Assembly: GCF_000143415.4 (NCBI RefSeq)
Contig: NW_003314406.1
Span: 81,007-145,006 of the forward strand
Origin: Selaginella moellendorffii
Lineage: Eukaryota > Plantae > Lycopodiophyta
DNA length: 64,000 nucleotides
Direction: 5' to 3'
Part shown: positions 1 through 13,690 of the stretch, in pieces
Layout: each line of letters opens with the position of its first letter
Position numbering within the stretch: the stretch's first letter is position 1
Program-made: the position numbers and the translations under genes
Notes under the pieces: model-generated
What the model saw: the letters and a program-made list of their open reading frames with translations, nothing else
Told to the model about the DNA's origin: nothing
Database searches by the model: none

Positions 1-282
1 TCGCTTTGGGTATATATTTAAGGATTCGCCATGTACGTAAATGATTCGCCAAGCATGCGCGTTGATAACCAGCCATATGGTGGGATCAAAGACTCTGCAA
101 TCCAACGAGAGGGTGTCAAGTACGCGATCGACGACATGCTCGAAACCAAAGTTTTAGTAATGCGCAATGTAGGCAACGCGTCTTACTTTTGATCAAGCTC
201 GAGCTCGAGCTTTTGAGAACAGTAAATACAGTCTATCCACAAATGATTGCCGAGTTGTCCTCGTTTGCTAGCTCGCTCTCTA

Positions 283-1684
283 GTACCATCAACCTTTTAC
301 CTTTAGGACAGAGAATGCTTGTCTATAAGCTCCTGGGAGAAGGTCCATAGCTTGTGAGCGAGCTCGGGATCTCTGCCATAAGCGCTACAGCTGGATTTGT
401 TGAAATCCACGAAGTATTGCCCAGTGACGTCCTTGAGGCTTGGATGTAAAGCCGTGTAGCACGTCGTAGCAGCGTCCTGAGAGATCAATCACGTTTTAGT
501 CACGAAAAACTTCCAGATAATTGGGAGAATTCTTCTTACCTGTGGCACATTTTTCCAAAGGAAGCTGGAGAAGAACTTGAGAACCCCTGCATGAAGATCA
601 AAGGGCCATAAGTAACCGAAAGCTCACTCAATCTTTAGCACCATCAACCTTTTACCTTTAGGATGGAGAACGCTTGTCTATAAGCTCCTGGGAGAAGGTC
701 CATAGCTTGTGAGCGAGCTCGGGATCTCTGCCATAAGCGCTACAGCTGGATTTGTTGGAATCCACGAAGTATTGCCCGGTGACGTCCTTGAGGCTTGGAT
801 GTAAAGCCGTGTAGCACGTCGTAGCAGCGTCCTGAGAGATTGATCACGTATTAGCCACGAAAAACTTCCAGATAATTGGGAGAATTCTTCTTACCTGTGG
901 CACATTTTTCCAAAGGAAGCTGGAGAAGAACTTGAGAACCCCTGCATGAAGATCAAAGGTCCATAAGTAACCGAAAGCTCACTCGCTCTTTAGCACCATC
1001 AACCTTTTACCTTTAGGACGGAGAACGCTTGTCTATAAGCTCCTGGGAGAAGGTCCATAGCTTGTGAGCGAGCTCGGGATCTCTGCCATAAGCGCTACAG
1101 CTGGATTTGTTGGAATCCACGAAGTATTGCCTGGTGACGTCCTTGAGGCTTGGATATAAAGCCGTGTAGCACGTCGTAGCAGCGTCCTGAGAGATCAATC
1201 ACGTAGTAGCCACGAAAAACTTCCAGATAATTGGGAGAATTCTTCTTACCTGTGGCACATTTTTCCAAAGGAAGCTGGAGAAGAACTTGAGAACCCCTGC
1301 ATGAAGATCAAAGGTCCATAAGTAACCGAAAGCTCACTCGCTCTTTAGCACCATCAACCTTTTACCTTTAGGACGGAGAACGCTGTCTATAAGCTCCTGG
1401 GAGAAGGTTCATAGCTTGTGAGTGAGCTCGGGATCTCTGCCATAAGCGCTACAGCTGGATTTGTTGGAATCCACGAAGTATTGCCCGGTGACGTCCTTGA
1501 GGCTTGGATGTAAAGCCGTGTAGCACGTCGTAGCAGTGTCCTGAGAGATCAATCACGTATTAGTCACAAAAAACTTCCAGATAATTGGGAGAATTCTTCT
1601 TACCTGTGGCACATTTTTCCAAAGGAAGCTGGAGAAGAACTTGAGAAACCCTGCATGAAGATCAAAGTTCCATAAGTAACCGAA
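283..1684. repeat. Four tandem ~355-bp copies of the last two SDR exons plus 3' flank
   Basis: Anchor 'accatcaaccttttacctttagga' recurs at ~285, ~640, ~995 and ~1350 (period 355). The copies are nearly identical. Confidence 0.95.
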
Positions 1685-2230
1685 AACAATGACGAGGCTA
1701 ACAGACAAACTCATTATGTAGAATGTGTGCCGCATCAAAGGCGACATTATAAACCCTGGTGAACAGCATTGGCTGTGATGTCAACTCCTTTGGCATAATC
1801 AGCGAAAGAGAAAGCATTGACGAAAGAGAAAGGTGGGAGAGATTTCAAAGCATTAGACAAATACCTTGAATCTCATTGCCAGTTCTTTGGCATGGAGGAT
1901 GTTCACGAGCTTGGATGGACTGTATGCTCTACTGTCGGAGTACCTTTTGGAAGAAAAAAGGAAGAATGTAAGCTCACGAGAAAAGAAAGTCGTTTGGTAC
2001 CAGGCTTTGTCATTAAGGTGTGAGAACTGGATTCCACCGCTGTAAGTGTGATGGAGGAGAGGTTGACAATTCTTCATTGGATGCCACTTTCCTTAGCAGT
2101 CTCCATCATTTTGTCCAGGAGCAAGTTTGTGAAAAGAAAATGGCCTAGAAATCACAACAAATGAAAGAAAAGAGTCAAGACTCCCGAAAAATTCCATGGC
2201 GCATACCCACAGATGGTTTGTAGCGTAATA
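303..2230 (-). pseudogene. Short-chain dehydrogenase/reductase (TIC32/retinol dehydrogenase-like), 5'-truncated, with tandemly multiplied 3' exons
   Basis: Spliced peptides ATNHL/GHFLFTNLLLDKMMETAKESGIQ*RIVNLSS, SKLVNILHAKELAMRF, ITANAVHPGFIMSPLMRH, FLKFFSSFLWKNVPQ, DAATTCYTALHPSLKDVTGQYF. In-frame stop in the GIQ*RIV exon. No N-terminal TGxxxGxG exon seen. Confidence 0.85.
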
Positions 2231-2582
2231 TCTAGAGGTTCACAACTCGCTGGTGGCTTGTGAACAGCCATAATAACCGTTTCTTAAACCTAAAACCAAG
2301 CTCTTTGCCACCATGTCACAATCCTCACCATTGCTTTGGAGCGTCACAGATCTGGATCGTTGAATCAAGAGCATCTTACTCCCTTATTTAAACGTGCTAT
2401 TGGCATATGGCATCCGGCGTCTTTTATTCCATTTTTAGAATATTATTTATGAATATGCTTATAATCTAATGGTTCAAATTCAAAAACTTCAAATAGATCA
2501 AGTGCCAAAGGGGTGGCAACGCTTCAATGTGATTTTAATGACGTTCCAAATCAAGGAAATTTTTAGGGCAGATTGTGAGCTG

Positions 2583-2587
<5 letters not shown>

Positions 2588-2634
<47 letters not shown>
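2588..2634. repeat. (CT)n(GT)n microsatellite
   Basis: Direct reading. Confidence 0.95.
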
Positions 2635-4919
2635 CACAACTTGGCTGCGGGACTCTCCTTCCATGCTATAAGTTGGTATATGGAAGGTAAGCTTTTCTGG
2701 ATTCCACTTCAGCCTCCATTGTTTGTTCTTGTAGATGCAAGAATTGGCTGTGATGTCTTCAAATTCCAATGCCCTGGATTGAGCTGGCCATTGCGTACTA
2801 TTCTTCTGTCAAAAGGAACATCCTAGAGAGGCGAGAACTGGCTGGTTTGCATGTGGTCAACAAGTTCAGCGCTCCATACCAGAGCACTGACGAGCATCCT
2901 GCAGAACCTTTTTATTTGCCAAGGACAGTAAGTTGCATATGCCAAGATTGAAAAGAGCCAGGTAATACGTTCACCATCAGCAGCTGATCAGGTTTAGGAG
3001 GTAAGTAACTCTCCTCAAGTGTGTTTGACAGGCTGTTTGTTTCCTTGGTCGTTTCAATAAAAAAAGAAAGTGGACTATTGCGGGAAGAGGCTCTCCTTGG
3101 GTTCCATGAGAAAGCTCTGGAAATTAGCAGGTAACTCCTCAGGTTTTGTGTTCTTTTGGGTGATCTGATCTTGTGTCATGCCACTCAGGCCAGGAAGCAC
3201 CCGGCACTGGCCAATGCAGTGGGTCAGCAATTAGAATTTATCTGCTTGACCCAGGGGGAAGGACTGGTAATTTTATTACATTTTTTATTTGTTCTTGCCT
3301 TGGTGAAAAGCTTAGTTTCAGTTGCTCAATCCTTGACGTGATTCCATCTGAATAGCATACCAATTTTCTTATGTGCCAGAACGTAGCTGGTTCAAACTGT
3401 TCTCAGCTGTGGTGAGTTGCTGATTCAATCTTTCAAAGTAACAGTAAAACCAAATGATGAACAGAATGTGGTAGAAGTTGCAAAATCCTGCAATCTCTTT
3501 AGGCGAGAGCTGGACGGAAATTGGGCTTGCTGGCCTTGGTGGCAGTGAAACCTTGGCGGCACCAATGATAAAACTACTGGACGAGGCCTTTTGTTGTCCT
3601 CCTCTTGTGAGTATGCCAGGCCAGCAAGGGAACGCTTGGATTCACTTGCAAACACAAGTACAGAACTCCAACATTCGTTCTTGCTTCCTCTTGGTATTGC
3701 TCTCATGTTTTCCATTGCTTTCACTTATGCTCTTTTTTATTAGTGTGGCTTTATAATGGAGACGGTCCTTCTCAGTCTGAATAACACCAATGATATTTGT
3801 CATTCATGAAGAAAGTAGCATTTATTTCGACAAACATCGTTACTTTTGAGCTGAGTCCCAGTCCGAGTGAAGATGGCAGCGATGATCCAGCAGCAATTCT
3901 ATAATGCAAGCAGCCTGATCGAGGTGGGACCTCTAGGATTGATGTTGTCATGTACACTTTTGCTATGTCATCGAGCTCACCAGATATATGTGCCTTTACA
4001 TTCTCAACTCCTTTCATTTGCTCACTTTGTGTATGTTTCAGAGAGAAAGATGACAAGTTATGTTTTTCTCGATCAAATGAGTGAGGTAAGAGAGGTCTCT
4101 TCCCTTTTGTGCCATTGTAAACTACACATCCAGTCTTGTGATTATTTTTACAAACTGCTGTGGCATTCAAGCTAATGGCTCACAATCAATACAACTATTC
4201 TTTTTATTGTTATTGACTCTGATATCTTTGTGGCACTTTTCTTTCTCATTGATGTGGATCACTTACTGACGTTTGATGTTTCTGTAGGAGAAAAGATGGA
4301 TCGGAAAATGAAGATGTAAAAATGTGAAAATGAAGTAATCTCAGCACATAATAGTAAGGATTGCAGGTTTAATCAACCTTAAACTCATGACACTGTGTCC
4401 AGGTAATTTATGGTAAAGTAGAATATGTCGAATTCTAGAAAAAGTAGTTGTTCTTATTTCCAATGAATGAGCTTTTGGAGGTGCTTGTGTGTTTTACAGC
4501 CTGGTTTTCCTATTGCAGGTCTCCCTTCTTATTCCCAGGAGTGGCAGAAAGGCTGGGATTTATTTATTTTGGTTCTTTTGATTGGAAACTACTGAGATTC
4601 AGTGTTGAGCTCTAATAATGAAAGGCAGAGAATTTATGGTTGCCATATTCTTGCAGTGGGGATACAATCCTGAAATTTTGTGTTCACAGTTTTGGAGCCG
4701 ATCAAAATATCCAGTATTTGCTTGAAATTTCCCAACGAGGAGTGCACTGCGAATACAGCAGTGGTGCTCTCGAGTTATCGTCACTGGAGCCACTAATATG
4801 AACGTGACTGGCTGCTCAATTAATCAGACACCATAGTTGAGTGCCAACGCTGTACCATTATGGGGTTCTTCCTCCTCTATCACTGGAAAGCAACATGGCA
4901 GTGACTGTTTGCCGACATT

Positions 4920-5805
4920 CTCGAGATTTTTACACAAGTGGTACTATGAGCCGGTGCTAAAGCCGGGACAGCCTCGGATGGCCCGTCTTTATCAACATGG
5001 CTGCTTTTCTCAGAGCCTTCAAGTCTGGGTTACCATACTCTTTCATGGGTCACTTCTTGGTTTCAGGTATAATCGAGTGGGTTTTACAAGGCATTTCTGT
5101 TCTAGCAGCCCACCGTCCTGGTTGCCACACCAGAGGCATGCAAATTCGTGCTCTCCAAAGACAGCTTTGAGACAGGATGGCCAAAGAGCGCTGTTGTGCT
5201 CATTGGACGAAATCTGTTTGCGAGATTAACTGAAGCGAGCTACTTGAAGCTCCAGAAGCTTACTGAGTCACTGTGAACAATCCCAAAGCTCTTAAGCAGT
5301 ACGTGCCCCTACAACAGCATGCCTTGCAAGGTGGCCTACGGAGCATAAGATTGTTCTTCTTACCGAGATGAGAAGGGTAAGTGATGTTTACTTCCTCTCT
5401 GTCTTATTTTCTCGTTGATACTGGTTTTTTCTGATATGACAGTTCACGTATCTAACTGTCCTCTACATTTTATATAGGAAAGACTCCAGTTTCGATGTGG
5501 ATGATATTTTCTCCTTGTACTACATTGTCAACCAAGGCATTCAGGCTTTCCCCATCAACTTCCCCAACACTACCTACAACAAAGCCTTGAAGGTAAAAGC
5601 CATATGCATTGTCTTACATAGTTTTGTGATGTTTTCCCATTCTCAGGCCAGGTGAAAGGTCATCAAGCTTATCCAGAACCTGATCAACCAGCGAAGAGCT
5701 TCTAGAAAGACACAGGAAACAAGCATTCTTTACATAAACGCTGGTCACAACTAGATGGCTGATGGTTTCCTAAAGCAAAATCCTGATGTGCTCGAGAAAG
5801 TGAAG
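4920..5805 (+). pseudogene. Cytochrome P450 CYP88 (ent-kaurenoic acid oxidase-like) pseudogene
   Basis: Peptides KWYYEPVLKPGQP, LGWPVFINMAAFLRAFKSG, PTVLVATPEACKFVLSKDSFETGWPKSAVVLIGRN, QGIQAFPINFPNTTYNKALK, YINAGH and FLKQNPDVLEKVK resemble KAO/CYP88. Frameshifts, stops and deletions are present. No heme-binding exon found. Confidence 0.8.
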
Positions 5806-7147
5806 ATAAACATTTACAATTTCATACAAACTTTCCTTCATACAATCTTTCTTCTTTAGGCCACATCCAGACTATTCTGTAAAAGTTTCAAACTTCTGTA
5901 AGTATAAAAAGAAAAAAGTATTCTAGTGAATTGTACCTCATACAAGATGATATCCTATGTATTCTCATGCCTCTATTATTCTAATTCATCCCTGTCACTT
6001 CTGTATTTGGAAGGAAATGCTATTTATGAAAACTTTGCATTTATGTTTACCCTTTGCTCCAATGGACCTAACGAAGACATGTTCAAGACAGATGCAAACT
6101 GGCAGGTATTCTTAAAGAACCATAGAACTGCACATCATCTCTTTAAGGGAAATTTATGAGGTGCTTGTAAGGCTCTAAAGTGTTAACCTCCTCTGGATGG
6201 CATCTGAGGAATGTCTAGGGAATGAGAAACTGTAAGCTGTAGCATGATATTTTCTTGCTCTAATAAGTAGTTAAATAGAAGCTGCCTGTTGTAGCCTTTG
6301 TGGCTTTACTTGACTACAAACCAATGCTTACAAGGTCAGAATGACACAAGCAGATATTCATAAAGATGTATTGTATTTTGCTATTTAGAGAAATCTTTGT
6401 ATATATTCCAAACATGCAATTCTTAAGAACATCTCAAAAATATCATTAATTTTGTAGAAAACTCTTCTTTTGAAGACATAAGAAAATTATTCTCACTTAC
6501 AAAAATCCTCGACAAATATCAAACTTAAAATTAATGTAAATCAAAGCTATATATGTGAATTGTAAGTTTTTTTAAGAAATTCATTTAGGAAATACCTTAA
6601 AGTATATATTATATGTTAATAATTATATTATGTTATAATTAAAAAATTAAAAAATGTCATTATATTATTCTTGTATATTGTAATATGTTAGATCTAAGTT
6701 TATTTATTTATTTTTATGTTCTTTATAATGAACATATCAACAATAAAATTTAGAGAATGAAGAATTTAAAACTTTATTCACAAATGATAATGTTGAAACA
6801 ACAACACATATTATTTTAAAATAAAATAAAATTAAAATTTTACTTCAATTGTAATATATTTTGAGAATATTATTATATTATTTTAAATATAGTAATAAAA
6901 ATAAAAAATATGATTAAATAAATATGAATGTGCTAGATGTAAGTTTCTAATAAAGTTTTTAATATTTCTTATAATCTAAGTTTGTTTATAATAATTTTCT
7001 CCTTTAGATAATTGCTGAATAGTAAGCATTTTTGAATAATCTAATAGTAATTTTTATATTTAAATTTTTTAGCTATTTAGATATATATGATTTAAAATCC
7101 TTCAGTAATAGACAATCTTGCAGAATTTTTCTTAAACTTTCAAAGTT

Positions 7148-7254
7148 CCTTAGAAATTTTGAAATTATAACTTCTAGCATGATATTACCTAAATATAATC
7201 CTTAGAAATTTTGAAATTATAACTTCTAGCATGATATTAACTAAATATAATCCT
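7148..7254. repeat. Two tandem ~52-bp copies in an AT-rich block
   Basis: 'ccttagaaattttgaaattataacttctagcatgatatta(c/a)ctaaatataat' occurs twice. Confidence 0.85.
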
Positions 7255-9739
7255 AATGAACTATAGTTTATAATTTTCAACTTTAAGGGTTACAATCTAG
7301 ATATTTAATTTTAGAGTTGCTCTACTAATTTTTAACCTAGATCACTTTTCATGAGAATTTCGTATAGACCAGTCTTTTTAATATTTAAAATTTTATTTCT
7401 ATTAAATTTCTTTCTTCTTATTCTAATTTTTTCTTTTCTTAAATATTTTTTCTCTTCATCATTTAACTTTTGTAGTATTTATCTTATATATTATAACTTA
7501 CAAAATGTGTTACATACTCTTGATCTATTAGTAACTTATATTTTGGTTAGAAAGGTTTTACACATGTATTAATATTTTTTAAAGAATATCTAATATAAAT
7601 ATTTAATAAAATAGATTTTCTATCTTTACAGGCTGAGTTGTATTTTTCTCACAAATGTGACATATAATTTTACTCTATTTCGAGACCATTAACGTTTTTT
7701 ATAAAATACTTAATTTACCATTTGAACTAACACGATATTTTCCCTATGCTTAGGTATGATTGATATAACACAAAATTGAAACAAAACATAAAGCTCATGT
7801 AAAGTTTTAAGACAAACCTGTACTGATGCTTTATAATAAAATTATGCATTCATGTCTCATTAATAATATGGTATCTAATATGGTATAAGCTATCTCATAC
7901 ATATTGAAAGATCAAATCCATTTCTTGATTATATCCCAGTTATATGAAGATTTAAAATAAAATAAAACAATAGTTATTAGCTGAAAGAATAATATAAAAT
8001 TATAAATTATAACATTATACTAATGAGTTTGATAAAAATTCTATTATATTAAAAATATTCATAAGAACATTTGAAAAGAAAGAAGAGATATTTCAGAGTA
8101 CATTAAACAATTTTTATTTATACTAAATCATTAAACAAATCAAACTAAAATCAAATAGTCATATCTGAAAATAAATATTTAAAAAATAAAAAATAATTAT
8201 GATTTTAGGTGAATTGTCAGTGAGAGTAAATTCAAAGAATAAAAAATAATAATTTTTTTATCTTCTGCATAACATTATTTAGCTTTATTTAATATTTCTA
8301 ATAAAAGTTTTACAAGTGATTTAAAAGTTAAATTAATCAGCTTTAAACTTTCAATTTTATATTATGGATGACAACTATAAATTAAGCTACATGTTTAAAA
8401 TAATTTAATTTTATGGATAGATGTAATTATGGTTTTAATGTTTCATGAAAATAAATTAGTCACTTTTAATAAAAGAACATATATAAAACACAAACCCAAA
8501 ATATGAATAAAAATGAATAACATATGTTTCAAATTATTAGCTTGGATGGATCATTAGTAAGTTGTAGTAAAAATTATATTCTCTTTTGAAGAAGTCTCAT
8601 TCTTGAAGTGTATTCTTTATGTTCCTACTGTTTTACCTTGGAAATAAAAGAAATCCACAAGAAAGTCCCATAGGATTTACTAGGCTAACATATTTGCATG
8701 ATAGGGTTTTCAAAAAGTTATCTAACTTTGGGCATCTAGGAAGTCATGTCACTAACTTGAGTGATGGATAAATAAGAAATCAAAACTCAAATACTTACAG
8801 TTTTTTTTTAATTTTCTCAAGGATATTTTTCTCATATGAAGTTCCCTTACTTTACTTTAATCTAGCCCCTATTTCAAAATATATATTCTTGGTAACAGTT
8901 TTTCAATTTGGCTTTACTTGCTGGAATTAAGCTTAATAGTTGATAAACTACTTTGGAAAGGTATTCTTTTTTACTAAAGTGAACCTATGATAGAGGGTAA
9001 ACATATCTCACAAGTGTGTTGCTAAAATGATGTATTAATTGGAAGAAGGAATCATTGGCACAAGAGGGCATTCTTTTAGATTTGCAACTATAAAGAGTAA
9101 AAGGGTGTAGTTGATGGGACAAGTGTTCCTTCTTAGAGAGGAATGAAACAAATATTCAGTAACAAATAATGACTTCCTAATGCACTATGTGCTCATCATA
9201 TTTTATCCTATAACAACAAGTGTTTTATATAAGTTCAAGTACCAACTTAGCATAGTTGCTAGCACTTTTTGAAGTCAAAGGAATCCCTCCCTATTCTAAT
9301 AGCATTTAAAAAAACAGAATGACAAATGATAGCTGTAGCAATGAAACTCACAACTTCATGGACAATTCAAAAATATGGTATACGGGATTGTCTTGATATA
9401 TAAAACTTAGTCAACACAGTTTCCCATGATAAATTATTTCAATAGCTACGACAAATTAACACACCATTAGTTGTCATTGAATAAATATATGTCATTATTC
9501 TTGTAGACTATCAAGGAGTTAAATAGATTGAATGCACTATTTGCATTAAATAAGGATGTCCACTATGTTTAGCTTACACATGAATGCCCTTGAGAGTTTA
9601 ATGTGGCATTAAAACTTTTTGGAGATCCATATAACTAACCATTTCATTCTCACAATAAAATTTATGGAAGATAGTCTGCATTGTAGTTAGATCTATTAGG
9701 GTCAAAATTTTTTGTGAACTTGTCATTCCTTGTAATCAT

Positions 9740-10471
9740 CAAAGTATGCAGCACACAGCAAGACATGATGTTGTTCACAAGGATGCCTAGATGTCCTCTA
9801 AATCCCTTCTAACCAAGCAATTTCCATTGCCTCTTTAAAATTCCAAAAGATTGCTTGACAACAATCCTCATAGAAGAATGAAGAAAGTTGTATTGCTCTT
9901 TGCCATGAAATTTGTTTGGATATAAGACCAAAACCAGTAAAACACACTCTTATCCTTTGTCAGCAATGATATACAATGGAATGTCCCCAAACGCTGTGTG
10001 GTACACTGGACCACATAAACACTTCTTCTCTATCTATGCCTTCTTCAAACCATTAGAATTCCAAACTTGTCTATCTGGAGCACTACCTACTATCCCTATT
10101 TTTATGTAAGGGAATGAAGTTTTACTGTCTATCACAACTTGAACTACCATTGAGTAGTACTTTTTTGCCCTAGCATACCAATCTATTGCATCCTCTGAAC
10201 CTAGGAGCTTGATTGCCATATGAGTGCAATCCATTGCACCACAACAATTTGGGAATCCATACAATCTCTAAAATTATGCTATATCTTCATTTATTCCCTC
10301 CTCATCTGCCAATAGATCATTAGTCCTTCATGCTCAAGCAATGAATACCTAAATCAACATAAACAAGCTTGAGTGCATGAAGCCACTCTAAATGCATCAC
10401 CAATTATTTGCTATATATCCCCGAATGCCAAGCGTTTCAAAGCAATAGCTACTTTCTTTGAAATAGCTAAG
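9740..10471 (-). mobile_element. PIF/Harbinger transposase (DDE_Tnp_4/HARBI1-like) remnant, C-terminal part
   Basis: LAISKKVAIALKRLAFGD, GFPNCCGAMDCTH, YYSMVVQVVID, GSAPDRQVWNS, YIIADKGY, YNFLHSSMRIVVKQSFGILKRQW. Contains stops and frameshifts. Confidence 0.88.
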
Positions 10472-10913
10472 AAGCTCTATTTCGTTAAAGTGGGAATTGT
10501 CATTATCCCACTTGTAAAATAAGGTTTCCAAACCTTTATATAGTATATAAATATAACAAAATTCAATTGCATTGAGGCACATGCCATTTTATTTTAAACA
10601 AGGAAATGTCTACTCAATCACTTCTCCTCCCCCTGCCACTACTTCACCTCTCTCTTCTCCTTGTCATCGTCGTCCAATTTCTTTCCATCCTTTTAATATT
10701 GGCTCAGTTGCTCCGAGTCTAGGTGGAGCCCAAGTCCCCATTCAATCTTTACTTTCCCCTTATTAATAAAACAACTTCGCAGACTTCCAATAACATGCTG
10801 TAACACTTCTAGTATAATGCAAATCCTCTCAAAGAATTGTCTTTTAATATTAATACAATGGCATGGAACCCCATGCCATAATAAGTTACATTTTTAAATA
10901 AATACATGCTATC

Positions 10914-11798
10914 TCAGACTGTTATTTTTTGCCTCCAACGCCTATACAATAATCTTGGAATTTCATCACTCTCCACACTATCAGGATTTAAACCCAATAG
11001 TAATGCCATCTCTTCTCTAATACGTCCACGCTCATGTTCAGTGGTCGAAGAACCCATCCGGTTGAGCAGATTATGGAGATGCGGATAGTGCTTGGCTAGA
11101 CAATATACATGCCATAAATGATGACTGGTGTCTGTCCGATCAAATGGCTTCTGATATACCGTTCCATCTGCCATTTGGTTGATTTCTGCAGCCACCTCCT
11201 GGACTGGCCGGTTCTCTATCACCATCGCTTCAAGCCGTTTTGCAAGGTCCCCCAGAACATACGGTTTCTTCTCCCTAGTTTCCATACTGCAAGAGATGGG
11301 GTGCACTGCATATGTGTGCATGTTCGCTGCAGTTTTAATCGGCGAGTCATCGATGATGAGGATTTCACTTGATCTAGCAGTCCGGTTCATCACTACAGCC
11401 TCTGCCTTGACGAAGATGGGCTTGCTACCCCTCACATGGACCATAGTCAAGCAATCCTCCTGCGTTAGGAGAAAGTCAAATGGTAATATTACTCGCGTCT
11501 GATCGTGCATCATCTGTAGCAACGTTAATGCATTGTGGCGCATCATGGATGTCCAAACTCCCAATTGCAAATTGAACCCGGCCCTCTGTTTTAAGTGTCG
11601 CATGGTCATTATTAGATCCCGCAGTTTCTCCCGTGTGATTAATGTGAATCTGTCTCTTTTGACCAACTTGCGACCGCAGGCTTTGGAGGGTGCAGTGACA
11701 TTCGAGGACGAGCCACGCTCATGGGAGAAAAGGACACCGTTCAGATCAAAAATGATACAGTACTTTCGCCGTGACTCTGAAATGAAATGCGTCAGCAT
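10914..11798 (-). CDS. FCP1/SCP (NIF)-like HAD phosphatase domain; probably the terminal exon of the cargo gene or a separate cargo gene
   Basis: 294-aa ORF with IIFDLNGVL (HAD motif I-like), GVWTS (motif II), LLTQEDC..KPIFVK and ILIIDDSPIK (motif IV). Confidence 0.75.
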   Translation of the reverse strand: MLTHFISESRRKYCIIFDLNGVLFSHERGSSSNVTAPSKACGRKLVKRDRFTLITREKLRDLIMTMRHLKQRAGFNLQLGVWTSMMRHNALTLLQMMHDQTRVILPFDFLLTQEDCLTMVHVRGSKPIFVKAEAVVMNRTARSSEILIIDDSPIKTAANMHTYAVHPISCSMETREKKPYVLGDLAKRLEAMVIENRPVQEVAAEINQMADGTVYQKPFDRTDTSHHLWHVYCLAKHYPHLHNLLNRMGSSTTEHERGRIREEMALLLGLNPDSVESDEIPRLLYRRWRQKITV

Positions 11799-11822
11799 AA
11801 AAAATGGTACAAGTCAATTTTA

Positions 11823-13690
11823 CCATCTACAATATTAGCGAATGGTGCTCCCGATGGTTGTTCAGAGGGTTTTGGTCGAGGAAACGTGAAGGGCGGAAAT
11901 ACTCTCCTCTGCAATGTGGGGTCAATCGCATCCGATGGCGTGTGGGCACATGCCATTTCAGCTGTAGACTCTGGTACAACTGGCTCAACAGTGGCATGGG
12001 GTGGTTTCGATGGTGTGTGATCACACGCCATTTCAGCTGGTGCCTCCGTTGGCAAAGTGGACATGACCGAACAGGCAGCAGGGGCGGTGTAGGGAGGTTC
12101 CAACGGCGCGTAGTCAGACGATTGGGCACACGTTGGAAATGAGGATACGACCGGCTCGGCGGCTGGGGCGGCCTCATGCGGGTCCAATGGCGCCTGGTCA
12201 CCGTCAGTTGGATACGTGGACAAGATTGACTCAGTGGTATGGGCAGCATCAAGTGGAGCGTGGTCAGCTTGCTTGGCGTTGATATGGATAGTAGCCTCCA
12301 CCAGCTCTGATGACTCTTGCAGGCAAGTAGAGTCCACTGGCGGATCCATATGCATGTCCAAATATCTCCCTTCGATTGAGATGGTATCCTCCCGTGCTAC
12401 TAAAAACAAACTCATTAGCACATTGAATCGACTATACTGTATTTACCATCAACTGCTATTGAGGAACTAGGACCGATATCACTTGGGCGCACTGTTGATT
12501 CTGAAGGATTGGACATACGTTTCGACCCTTGCTTGGCACTATCCTTCCTCGACACTAAAGGCTAGAGTTTGTATCTTAATTCAACTGAATAATCTCTACT
12601 TACCATTTCTTCTGCAACCTATATGGACAATGTTAGAAATGGTAAAAGGTTAGGAATGGATGTACTATTATTTACCTGATGGTTTGTCTTGTATGACCTT
12701 CCTCCGCTGCTCTTTGGCCACCTCAGGCTGGCCATCGTCGTCATCATCGTCATCGTCGTTATTGTGATCGTCACCATTGTGAGGACCATCCAAGTCCTCT
12801 TCGTCCTCCTCTTCTTCATCCTCCTCTTCTTCGTCCTCCTCTTCTTTGTCCTCCTCTTCGTCCTTCTGCTCTTCCTGCTCATTATCTTTCTCTGGCTCCT
12901 CATCCCCCTCTTGCATTTCTTCCATAGGCTGCTCAGGCTGGATGGCTTGTTTTTCCAGGACCATCTTGGGAAAATCATCTGGCCAAGTCTCCATCTCAAA
13001 ATACAAGATATCCATAGCCTGTTTTAGTGCGTGACCTAGGACCGTATCCTCACCCGACTGTCTTAACATGGTTTCTGCACGTTCTTGCACCCTTCGAAGA
13101 CGACGAGATGAGAAAAACGTGGCCCTGACTTGAAAAGCATCCCTCATCCATTGTACCTCTCCATTGAGATTGGGGAAGGGGAGTCTGCCATAGGAATCTG
13201 AGTCAGAAGGTGGTGACTGGCTCCTTTCACTCAGCCCTTGATCTGTAATGAATGGCATGAGCACACACGCCATAACCGCAAGACATTACCTATCATCTTT
13301 TCGTTGCCCTTCTTCCTTTTCGAATCAAACGCCTCTGATCCCGACGACTGTCCAACGTGCTTTCGCTTTTTATGACCACTGTCAGTTTGAGCTTGGCTGG
13401 TGCTTGCCTGTTTTGCCTTTGAAGAAGTGTCTCCTGCAAGGAATGGCATGAGACCACACGCCATTGCAAATATAATTTGTACCTCCTTTTTTCCTATTGC
13501 TTGTCTGTTTGTCCTTCTTCGACGCGCCACCAGTGCGCTTTTCAGTCCTCGTGTCTGAATATTCACAACGATCTATAATCAAAATGGCGTGAGGCCTCAC
13601 GTGACCTTACCTTGTGCAGGTTGTGACCTCGGCCTAACATCAGTAGCTGTTAATGCCGTTTCAGCATCTGGGGGTGGCCACGCTCCTGCA
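11823..13690 (-). CDS. Low-complexity/acidic exons of the cargo gene (basic, Glu/Asp-rich and Pro/Ala-rich segments)
   Basis: ORFs 12668-13273 (poly-E/D) and 11792-12421 are linked by short GT-AG introns (e.g. 13243-13289, 13434-13482, 13555-13610, ~13689-13736). The exact exon chain is inferred. Confidence 0.55.

Noticed and set aside
2640-4800. Exon-like fragments between the SDR and CYP88 remnants
   Set aside because: No recognisable family and no consistent reading frame.
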